64,000 nt of DNA from Paragordius varius (Eukaryota > Animalia > Nematomorpha), in the NCBI GenBank assembly GCA_964247055.1, contig OZ176050.1:11036001-11100000 (forward strand). Direction: 5' to 3'. Shown piece after piece: positions 53,101 to 64,000 of the stretch. Numbering within the stretch: the stretch's first letter is position 1; every line of letters begins with the position of its first letter. Both the position numbers and the translations under genes were made by a program. The notes under the pieces are model-generated. The model worked only from the letters and a program-made list of their open reading frames with translations. It ran no database searches and was not told the DNA's origin.

Positions 53101-56100
53101 TTTGACCTGATATTCTATAGAAACCCAAACTATATGATTGGCTATTTATATATTGAAAATATCTCCTAAAATGATAATAAACCATAATATTTCAAATTTT
53201 ATCAATATTTTTTGTGCGGCAAATGAATACGTTGGTCATAAGCTATCTCATGAAAAAATTTTTTTCGTTATTTTTCGTTTAAAAATTTTTTGCACACAGA
53301 ATATATATATATGTTTTAGTCTCTAAACGAAGATTACCCTGACATAGACAAGCCATCGGTTTATAAAGCTTTGGAAAATCGAAACATTCGAGCTCTGTAT
53401 AACACTTCGGTAACCACAAATTTTTGTCTAGGAGCACGATCTTTAATGGAAGTATGCGTATTTTATTTCGCTATTGATTTCATTTATATTTGTAACATAT
53501 ATATTTTATATGATAATCGACCATTACATTATAAAAAAACAATTTTTTAAATTAGATCTCCGGTTTGGGACGCTTAAGACCTAATATAGTTATAATTGGT
53601 TTTAAACGAAAGTGGGAGGATTGTTCAATAGAGGATATCGAAAACTATGTTAACGTTATCCAGTAATTTATTTGGATCAATATTATATATCAAAAATATT
53701 TTTTATATATAAACATACAATATGAATATTCTTTTTAGTGACGCTTTTAATATGCGATTCGGAGTTGGTATTCTGAAAGTGAAGGAAGGATTAGATTTTT
53801 CAGCAATGTTATTTGAGTCAAAGAAGGAAACATTACCTATCATCCCGGAACCAAAAATAGAAGATGATGTTCAATTTTCGATCACAAGTTCCGACAAACT
53901 TAGGCGAAAAACACTTGCTGCCCCTATTATTCAAGGTAAAAAGACGGATTTTTTTATCTAAAAGAAAGATATGGTTTAAACGTGCAAAAAGGACAAAAGA
54001 TGCCGTTTTTGCCTGTTTTATGACCATAAAATTAGTCTTTCTCGTTGTGCTGTCAGTTCGATTATGTTAATATAAATCACTTTCAAAACTATTTCATTGT
54101 TTTTAATCGGCATTTAAGGAGTTTAGTACTTTGGGGCTTTGAATTTTAGAGGCAGTTCTATAAAATGCCAAGGAATCTAAACCCATATCTGACGCATTAC
54201 AAATGTATAAAATATGTTTATAAATATATATATATGCCTACTGGACTATTGAGAACTAGGTCTCTTGCTTTAATATGACCTGAATATTGTTAAAGCTGTT
54301 TTATGTCTCCATATTAGGCTCAGTATATGGTTAATCCCTTATATAAATTAACAAATTTGCTCTTGATTCCTTAAAAATAATTTTTTGTTAAAAAATGTAT
54401 TGCATACTCTAATTTTTTTATTCCAATTTTATTTTTAACTCATTTAGATACTGATGATTATTTCACCAATGAAAATTACGTACCTGACGTTTCCAAAACG
54501 ATATTTGCACCACCTGCAGCAGCTATACGGTTTAGGGAGTCGGCTCACCCTCTACATCAGCATACAGTTCATGGGCTTATTCCTTCTCGCAATGGAGATA
54601 TTACACTTTATCCTACGCGACAAGTTGCGAGCCAGATAGAACATGGAACTGCACAGCAAACTAAAGATAATGTAAACACTGCCCCATACAGACAACGTTT
54701 TGCCTCAATGCATGAATTACCAACCTCGTATATCAGCATTTTTTTTAATAATGGGAAAATTTAACCTTTATTGATTACTTTTGGCATTAATTTTGATTCG
54801 ATTTATAACATTTTAGTTTTATATTGTTTGTGTTATGGATTTACAAAATTACATATTTACAATTGGCCATAAACTAGGTTATTGATACTATTTATATTTA
54901 TTTTTTGATAAAAATCAAATAATATATTAAACTCCAATATTCTTACTAATAGTAATGCAACTTTTATTCACAAATTATATATTTTCGAGTAGACAACCTT
55001 TAGTGAAAAACAACCGCAAAGATGGTGGATACACCAATTTTATATCCTCACTACCCAAACCAATACAAAAAATGTTTGCCTACCCGCCTTTGTGTTTTTT
55101 CTCACAAAAATTTGGGCGATCTAGTTTGGATCAGACTGAATCGTATTTAATATCAGGACACGGTATATATAATTTTGCATTAAATATCACAAACTACAAA
55201 TTGACAAATTATTTATCCTTTTGATTTAGATACATCTATACCAAATGGGAAAACTGTCAAAGCTAACGCCATATCTTCCGAAGGGACAGAAAACGTTAAT
55301 TTTGATGCAATAACCGGTACCGAGGATGAATTATTCATGCCAAGTGCAGTAATAGTTCCGTCCCCAAGCAAGGTCGATGCCCCTAAATTTTTGGATCTAA
55401 ATATGGGACAATTAAATAAACGTTTTAGTCGAGAAAGTGTTGCTGGAAAATTTATAAATCAACTAGGGGCGGCCCGCGAAAATTTTGAACGATTATCCAA
55501 GGGTCAATCCCAATTAAATCTTGTTCGTGAATCATCCGTTCCAAATATAGCTGGCTTAAAAGCGACACGTTCCTTTATTATTAATACTGCTCTTACTGCG
55601 GAAAGTGTTAACCCTCTTAAAAGTAAAGATGATAATTTAACGTCTAAGTTGTCAAACGCCAAAAATTTGGGCAAGGGATCAGTCGCTAGTAATGATAAAA
55701 TATCGTCATTTTATATTGCGGACCAGGGTTCATCACATTCAACCTCGCCTGATAAACTATCACTCCGTACCAATATGGAAAAATCAGTTCCTCAACCTGT
55801 GTCAATACAAAAAAACATACTTGCGAAAAAAGCAATTGTAAAATTTAATAATACACCCACTCCTTCGACCCCATATCATTTGTCTTATATGGAGCCACCG
55901 ATCGAAATTGATACAAATGTTGAAAGACACCAAAAATTTAAAGCTACGCGCGAACACGATTCTAAAAATAAAAAATCCAAGGATAATTCTAAATCTAAAA
56001 AAAGACGAGGTAAAAAAAGGGATAAGCTACAAGCTAAAAGATTAGTCCCTGAATTCGCAAAAATATTCGATGAAAGTTCCTCCGAAGAATTGGATGATAG

Positions 56101-57620
56101 CCCTGATTTTGAAGAATACTACCATATGAGACGTCAAATGGAAGCTGAGTCTGAAGGAAACATTGTAAATAAAGATCATATAAAGGTCAACACTCTGAAT
56201 GTTGCAACAACCAAAAAACCTTATAAAGCAACTCAACAATTAGCTCTGAATAAGGATACTGGTGTATCGAATGCGTTACCAATCAATAAACGACAATCAT
56301 TTCCAGCCAATTTGAGTTCATACAAAGGTGGAGTTGCCGATATTAAAGAGCCACCGCGTAAACCTGAGAAATCGGGTTTAAAACCATTGCATAAAACAAT
56401 AAGTTCAAGTTCACAAAACGTGAGTAAAATAGGAAAGCCGATAAGTAAGAAGCTTTCATTCCTGTATGATCGCAAGGCTTTACAAAAAAATGGGGATATT
56501 GTTTCGACAGACAAAATTGCAAACCTACCTACTACAGCTAATACTGCAGACAAAATAGCGGAAATGAACAAAAAGAAGCAAGAGCAGGAGGCCAGAAGAT
56601 TTAAAGCACTAATAGGACGATTTAGGCATAAATATACACGTGGCTCTATTGATGTTTGGTGGTTGTTTGATGATGGAGGTATAAATAAATCACTTATTTT
56701 TTTAAAATAATATTTTCGCTTTTTTAAATATTTTCTTATCGTTCAATATTATTAATATAATCAAACTTCTCGTTTAATTTGCAAATTATTATAAAATAAC
56801 AATATAGTATTCAGATAAATTTATTATATGATTACATTTATATTTAGGTTTAACCATATTACTTCCTTTTATCATGTCCCAAAGAAAATTATGGCAAAAC
56901 TGTGAAATGCGAGTGTTTGCCATTACTCAAGATAAACAGAATTTAGATTTAGTGCATCAAAAGTAAATTATATAATTTTAATCTTTACAGTTTTGCAACA
57001 ATGTTAACAAAATTCCGAATCGAATTTTCGCATCTTATAGTTTTACCAGATATCCATAAAACACCATATCCGACTAGGTAAATACTTAAATTATCCATTT
57101 ACTTGAAATGAGGTCCATTAAATAAATTTTATTGTATTAGCACTTCCAAATTTGAAGCTTTGGTTGAAAAGTTTAGAGTTGTGGATGAAAATGCCCCCAA
57201 TTACAAACCAGGCATGATTACTGACAACGAATATGAAGCCAATGATCGAAAATCCCAGAGACATATTCGATTAAATGAAATGCTTCTACAGCATTCATCT
57301 AATGCCAATATCATATTCATGTAAGTGAGATATTTCAAATGGGACAATAAAAGATTTATATAAACTTGAAATAAAGGACAATAAATTGGAATTCTATCTT
57401 TGAGTATAACTCGTTCCAATATTATCGAATTATCTTTTATGATTATGGTTACTTTTTTTATATTCCATCATCTATTTATAGAACATTACCAATTCCGCGA
57501 AAAGGTTCATGTCCTTCAGCATTGTACATGGCTTGGCTAGAAATTATGTGTAAAGATTTAAATCCCCCCATCTTTTTACTCCGGGGTAATCAGCAAAGCG
57601 TTTTAACATTTTATTCTTAA
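44184..57620 (+). CDS. SLC12A2: SLC12 cation-chloride cotransporter, NKCC (SLC12A1/A2)-like, 25 exons, ~1623 aa
   Basis: Exons 44184-44486, 44552-44650, 44746-44821, 47407-47502, 47711-47850, 48237-48353, 48959-49070, 49136-49260, 49682-49924, 50226-50333, 50447-50570, 50958-51059, 51172-51327, 51400-51499, 51969-52083, 53320-53451, 53556-53662, 53739-53935, 54448-54727, 54993-55162, 55230-56678, 56848-56962, 56991-57077, 57141-57320, 57482-57620 sum to 4872 nt with consistent phases. Motifs: RFQI (SPAK/OSR1-type), [93 protein letters not shown]. The symbol denotes the closest vertebrate type, not proven orthology. Confidence 0.92.
48403..48687. mobile_element. MITE family C copy (SLC12 intron 6)
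   Basis: TACCATTTACAATTCAAATTCACCC.. / ..GGGTGAATTTGAACTGTAAATGATA, with 21-bp CAATTCAAATTCACCCTTGAA tandem units at both ends. Confidence 0.8.
50707..50937. mobile_element. MITE family C copy (SLC12 intron 11)
   Basis: Same TIRs as the 48403 copy. Confidence 0.7.
52236..52462. mobile_element. MITE family C copy (SLC12 intron 15)
   Basis: Same family termini, more diverged. Confidence 0.6.
52596..53300. mobile_element. Fold-back MITE family A, internally deleted copy (SLC12 intron 15)
   Basis: Left and right arms match 40058-41310 but the central segment is missing; ends TTTTTGCACACAG. Confidence 0.75.
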
Positions 57621-57968
57621 TACAAAACATGTCGTTTAGGGAAAATTTACCAACTTGTTTGCATCCATCTATTATTATGTTCACATATATGTATACACAA
57701 CAATTAAAAACCCTAGCTGCAATATATAAAACAATCACAATAATAAATGATTATTTATGCGTTTATTTTATCTTTTAAAGCCACGTGCTTAGTGATTTAA
57801 TAAAACTGTTTAACGCATTAATTTTTCGCATACCTCTTATATGGCGGTTGACTTCTAATTTTCTGGTTAGTCCATAATTCCCTCTTAACAAATTTAATCA
57901 TAGCTATAAAACGGCATAGCTCTAATTTTATCTTATATATTCACGCATGTAAACACATGTTTTTAATC

Positions 57969-60805
57969 GAGAGGGAAAGGTACGGTATACATACCCATCT
58001 CTTATCTATCTTTTTTTACCAAAAACATTAATTTTATACACTCTCCGAACATTTTAGAATATTTATATTAAATTCCTTAAATATCCTTAACATAATTCTC
58101 ATCACATCCTCCCATTCTTAGCACATTTTGGTGATGTTGAAAGCACGTACAGCATCCCTATCGGAACGTGGAATTTACGGGGTGCTTATAACAATAACAA
58201 ATTAGATTTAGTAGTTAACAAAATGACCAAGCATAAAATTGACATACTAGGAACAGAATCGCACATTCCCTCTACCGGTACTTTAGAATTTGTCAATCAT
58301 AAAATGTATTACTCTGTCCATAACTCGTTAAAATACAACGCTGCGATATAATTATGAATAAAAAGCTAGCTAATTTATCTGACATTTTTTATCCAATCAA
58401 TGAACATATAATTGCAATCCGCATACAAACAACCGCATTACAATCTTTCAAATTTACCCCTGCCTCCTCTTTCAGCGATGACTACAAAAAAATTTTACAG
58501 TAATCTCGACTTGGCGATTTCCCAAAAAAAAGATGTTATAATTATCTTAGGAGACTTCAATTCCATTAAAGCAAAAGATAGAACATTTCCTATGACGGGT
58601 AGCATGGGCTTGGGCATAAAAACGAGAGAAGAGATAGATTGATTGAATTCTGTGATAACCATCATTTCTTCGTCTCAAACACCTTTTTTAAACAACCTAC
58701 ACGACGTCTATATACATGGCGTTCCCTGTGTCAAGGATACCGTGATTCATATTAGGTATGGTTAAAATATAAAAGTTCATTTCATATGTCATGCCTACTA
58801 GGATTGGATTGCTAAGACCACAACCTATTTATCTCCAAACTCTGCATTTATTTACAACTTCCCAAAATATCCAAACTCACCAGAACAAGATTAGATTATG
58901 ATACAATCGACGACAAGTTTAGCACCGCTTTATCAAATCGTTTTGAGTGTTTTGATCATTCACAAAACTATCAAAATATAAATTTTTGGAACGCTATACA
59001 CAATGTGCAGAGATACAGCCAACGAATTAATACAGCCTTTCAAACATACTAAACATAATTGTCAACAAAAAGTCTTGAGATCGCAGAAAAACGTAGAGAA
59101 TCCAAAATCAAATGCAAATGGGATACAAACAACTAAACAGTAAATTACTATAGAGTGCAAGAGAGGAAAAAAATAATTATTACGACCAATTGTGCGAAAA
59201 GTTAGAAACAGACGCCAAAAATAACCGAAACCTTTTTCCATACAAATATCATTCCACGCAAAAGATTTTCTACAAGGGACCAATGAGAAACGACAACAAC
59301 TCAATCGTCACTGAAAAAGACGAAATCCGAAACTCGGGCTTAAACATATAAGTACTATACAACGTAAATAACCCCCAGATTATCAACGAACCTACTCAAG
59401 AGAAAGACCCAAAACGAGAGAAGAAGTTGAACACGCTATAAAACACTCTACGGCAAAAAGAGGGGCATAGAGACATCCCTACTGAAATAATAAAATATAT
59501 TCCAATCGATATACTCACCAAATTTTTCCAAAATATATTTGAGATAGAAACAATTCCTGAGGATTTGGTAAATCAATTATGATTCCTATTTTAAAAAAGG
59601 TAATCCAGAACTGTGCGACAACTATCGCACCATAGCGCTCATTCAGGTGTCTAAAGTTTTCCTAAAAATAATACAGGTTCGACTAAATATCATACTTGAC
59701 TCCGAGCTATCCACGATTCAGGCTGGTTTTCGAAATGGTAGAGGATGCCGAGATATGAAATGCAATACGAGGTGGATACTAGAGAAACATATCGAATTCA
59801 ACAAAGAACTGCTTATGTACTTTGTCGATTTTTCCAAGCATTTGATTCCATCCAACACAATAAGATAGGAACATCGTTAAAACAACTTGGAGAATCAACC
59901 CATCTAATCAACGTCATATATCAATTTACTTAAATTCCACGGAAGTAATATCTAAACCTCACGGTACTGATTCATGTAAGGTGCAAGTCGGCCTACGCCA
60001 AGGATGCGTTCTATCCCCAATTCTTTTTAACGCATACCTCGAATAGGTGTAAACCTACTAATCCGTTCATTACGCGGAGGACACTTATTCGTAGACATTA
60101 GACACATTATCGCAAGTTTTGAAAGTGTTAACAACTGAATGCAATAAATTCGGATTAAATATCAACTTTAAAAAAATAAAAGTTATGCAAATCAACCCGG
60201 CTCAAACAACTAATTCAATAATCCTAAACGGTATTCAGATTGAAACGGTAAACATTTAACGTATTTGGGCAGCATTATAAACAATGAAACAACTCTACTA
60301 CATAAAACGAAGAATTGCCATTGCAAAAGCAGCATTCAAATATAACATGATTTGGATGTCACATGACTTCAAAGTAAAAACCAAAATTAGATTAATCAGG
60401 GAAAAATTTTCCCCAGATTCCTTAATGGGGAAGGAAAGCTGAACACTGAAATATGACGAAAGACTAATAAATTCTTTTGATATTTGGGTTTTAAGAAAAC
60501 GTCTACAAATAAAATGGACAGACAAATAACGCCATTATTTTAAATAAAGTTAATCCGGAAATGTCACTAGGCAGCCTAATATCCTTTTTTGGCCACATTA
60601 TGAGATCTAGCTCACTTGAAAAGTCACTGATGCTGGGAAAAGTGAGTGGTGTTTGTAAATGAGGAAGAAAACAAACCTGTTGGATGGATAACATCCTCAA
60701 AGAAACCAACAAATCACTATCTGAAAAAGCTAGATCCGGGCAATGAATGGAGAAGTTATATTTTCAATGTTGCAGTTAGTCAAAATCGACCTTAGCAACA
60801 ACAAT
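57969..60805 (+). mobile_element. Degenerate, near full-length RTE/BovB-like LINE
   Basis: 5' pseudoknot motif, then IGTWNLRG, ILGDFNS, NYRTI, IQAGFRNGRG, YFVDFSK, QGCVLSP, FFGHIMRSSSLEKSLMLGKV, and a (CAA)n tail; many frameshifts. Confidence 0.85.
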
Positions 60806-62185
60806 TTGAAGTTGGTCTGATTTCCTTTAACATGTATAAAAACGGTCTGTAATAATTTCATAAAGGAGTGGTGTTTTATAGAGTCCATGGGCATACCAGT
60901 TTGTTAAAATCGGAAGGTTTCAGACAATTTAACATTTTTTACCTAAATTCCGAAGTATTGTAAACAAACTTAAGAATTTCGACTATTTAGTGATTAATGT
61001 GTGTTTGTTGCGATACTAGACATATTCAGAGGTAACATCCGTTTATGCTTATTACTCAATACATTGTATGCAGATAATATCATATAACAACAACCTGGAT
61101 CTAAGTAATTTATTTTATAGCATAATATCCGACTAAATTTAGATTTTTAAGCATAAAAGTTAAATCCATAAAAATAAGCCAAAAACATCCATTTTTAGAG
61201 GGGTTAAGCGTTAAATATATATGTAAAAAACATTGATCGTTGACTCAGAAAACAGTTATGTTTTACATTTGCTAGCTTGATGACCATACAACTAGGTACA
61301 GTTAATGAAATATTCATTAGTACCGCAGCTAATCTAGCTTAAAGACAAAATAAGAGATATTACACAATACCAACAATTAAAATAATCGTAAAAAACATCA
61401 AAAAATCAAATTTATAATTCAAAAGAAGATCTTTGAAAAATGCAACATTTCCAAACGCAACATTTATTTAAGGACAACTGAAATAATGATGCTCTTGGCC
61501 GAAAAAAAATGTTGTAATCTGGTTGAAAAATGTTTTTGACTGAAAAATAGAATAATCAGATTATTTTTACCATATATTCCACAAACTATGGCTTTAAACT
61601 GCGAAAAAGGTGTTCATAATGCAAAATATCACATATCTGATGTGCATTAAATGGAACCAAAACCCAATCAACGATTGATCTCGCTAAACTCAAAAAACTT
61701 ACTGCAAAAAACTAATTACCAAAAAAAACAATTACGTTCAACGATTAACATAAAAATCTTATATTATTTAATATAAAATGGAATAAAATTTATTGATTGT
61801 GCATACATCTTACGTCACATTGTAACCCTTGAAATGTTTTATATGGAATATATTTTTAGATAAATTTCGTGAGCATTGTCAATAATATATATTCAATATT
61901 TGGCTATGAAAATTTAAAAAAATAATTTATATTGCATGATAACAATAAGATTACAGCATGATATTGCAAAGTAATAATTAGATAGGCTTTCATAAAATCT
62001 AAAATTCACAATCATAATAATCAACAAATATGTATTAATAAAAGCGCGTATACCAATTTTATCAATTTAATTGTTTTAAATATTATAAAATTCCCAACAC
62101 AGCCCATTTGGGACTAACATTAAATTTATCATTATAAATGAACCCCAAAAATAACGTGGCATTAGTTTACGCGTTGAACACCCTT

Positions 62186-64000
62186 TTATTTTTGGAGAAT
62201 AGTGGGATCGGATTTTAGTCTAACATATTCATTGAATCGTATTTTGGCATATGCAAAAAAATCAAACGTTTTATCACTGACTTGACTTTGTAAAAGGGCC
62301 CAAACACCCCAATACAAATGTGGTCCTAGGATGAAAGCATCTAATTGACGCATTAACAAATCCACACCGCATTTCATCTCATGCGAATCGAATTTGGAAT
62401 CATCGAAAAAAGTTTCAATATTCACATCATTAATTTTAGATAATGAAGTGGTCTTTTCGTTTGTAATATTTTTATTATCATTATTATTGGATTCTTCTTT
62501 ATGAGATGGAGGGTGTCTTTGATAAAAGTCCCAAGCTTTCCAGTAAAACGTTAACCAGAGACGTCGGAAAGCGCTACTGGGAAATAAATCGTAATTCACT
62601 GTTTCCAAACCTATGATAAAGATATTAATAGGAAAAAAAATTAGCTGGATACTATTTTTTATGTATTTTAAATTTATAAAACAATAAAACTGTTGCTCAT
62701 GGAAAAATAATTTAAATTAAAAAATAATTTATAAGATGTTCACGTTAAAAATATATTTATTGAATAAAATTGTTATTATGGAAAAAACAAAAATAATAAC
62801 TTATCTCATTCAGTTATCTAAAATGAACAGCTTTGTTGACGAATAAAATTATAGCTTTATAAATCTTTGTAAACGCTATAACACATAAATTATATCAACA
62901 AGAGCAAATCATTAAAAAATATTTGTAAAAAAATTTTTCACATGACGCATAAAATGTCATTATTTCAAACAATATTTGGCAAAATATAAAGATTAAAGTC
63001 GTCATGTTTACCACAAAATTCGCAAAAAAATTGAGCAATATCAAAGGCCTGAAAATTGAAATCTCCATACTCCAAATCGATAAATGTGACATCCTTATTG
63101 CAAGGATCAAACACTATATTGTCCAAGAGTAAATCATTGTGGCAAAAAACTATAGGCGATTTCAATGGAATAAATAGGGATTCTAAATAATCAATTTCTT
63201 TCCAGGGATCGATAGGGAGTTTGGACAATAGGTGTGATCTACGACAAAAAATAAAATTATTGCTACATTAGTTAAATCATGATAAAATATTGTTTATTAT
63301 AATCATAAAAAAATACAAACATTTAATTAAAGATTGGATTGATAAGTATTTATTACTTATCAAAGTTATTAACTTGCTTTTGGATCGAAATATCTGTTTT
63401 GACGGGAATATTGTTGTTGCTAGTAGGATTATTTGTGAAGAATGGTAAAATAAGTGAGGCCCATTTTTTGATAGTTGGAAAAAAACATGGTTCTTTGATA
63501 AAACTGTTTTTGATTTGGGAATTAAGCATATCCAAGCAAGCCATATCTTCCAAATGCTGGGATATTTTTCTTATGGTAGGTTTATTTATGCGAACAGTGG
63601 GAAGATAACTAGGATCTGGAAATGATGAATGCATTAAAGCCATTTGTTTGGCAATTAAAGGATAATAAGCTGGATTTTTAACATTTGAAGTATTTATAAT
63701 GATTCCCGGGGCATAATGATAACATAAGCCATTATCAAAAACACCATACAATTCTTTACCACATCCAATGCTCCACATAGCCACCAAATTTTCAATTTCT
63801 TTACGACGATCAATTATTACTTCAGTTTTATTACCAAAAAGCCGTATTAATACAACGTCAACATTGGATGTACCCTTTTCTAAATTATTTATTTCGCTTA
63901 ATGGTAGTAAAGATGCGCTATAAATTGTATTAGTAGTTCCTATAAATATAAAAATTAACATACCCTTATCAAACTGCTTTATAATGATATCTTCTTGTTT
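62186..64000 (-). CDS. ETNK1: Ethanolamine kinase (ETNK/easily shocked-like), 5'-truncated by the window end
   Basis: Exons 64000-63964, 63939-63357, 63238-63012, 62610-62186 are phase-consistent. Motifs FDKGTTN, IRLFGNKTEVIIDR, FDNGLCYHYAPG, FCHNDLLLDNI (Brenner), FIDLEYG, AFDIAQFFCEF, HLYWGVWALLQ. Confidence 0.88.

Noticed and set aside
53936-54023. 29-nt micro-intron after SLC12 exon 18
   Set aside because: Splicing at 53964 leads to a TGA after 19 codons and loses the conserved C-terminus. A 9-nt micro-exon (53965-53973) is phase-compatible but unsupported without cDNA.
55337-56710. 457-aa ORF as a stand-alone novel gene
   Set aside because: It ends in [11 protein letters not shown] and is phase-linked by GT-AG sites to flanking SLC12 exons; it is exon 21 (55230-56678).
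44184-64000. NKCC plus ethanolamine kinase as a functional excitability gene cluster
   Set aside because: The genes are convergent and separated by a LINE; adjacency alone is not evidence without synteny data.
1-64000. Species or phylum assignment from micro-introns and AT content
   Set aside because: Several reduced animal lineages could fit, and no rRNA or other diagnostic marker is present; a BLAST of the NKCC or ETNK protein is needed.

Overview
Very AT-rich eukaryotic (animal-like) genomic DNA dominated by transposon relics, with four spliced host genes reconstructed by hand. (1) A highly divergent M13/neprilysin-like gene on the minus strand (~33.7 kb down to at least 20.3 kb; 3' end not found). 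(2) A compact NUP42/NUPL2-like nucleoporin on the minus strand (44073-43264). (3) A 25-exon SLC12 NKCC-type cation-chloride cotransporter on the plus strand (44184-57620, ~1623 aa), head-to-head with NUP42 with only 110 bp between the start codons. (4) The 3' part of an ethanolamine kinase on the minus strand (62186 to the window end). The most unusual signal is a set of GT-AG micro-introns of 22-32 nt, including five consecutive introns of 23, 22, 22, 22 and 25 nt in NUP42, coexisting with kb-long introns inflated by MITEs; the genes use the standard code with TAA stops. Other notable features are an FG-repeat-free NUP42, ~630 aa of low-complexity sequence (far longer than the vertebrate linker) in the NKCC C-terminal domain, a covarying 5' pseudoknot shared by two RTE/BovB LINEs, a minimal hammerhead-like motif, a Helitron-like element carrying a higher-order hairpin repeat, and kb-scale fold-back MITEs. 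All gene models come from manual reading of splice sites, codon phases and remembered family motifs; no alignment or database search was run, and the species cannot be assigned.
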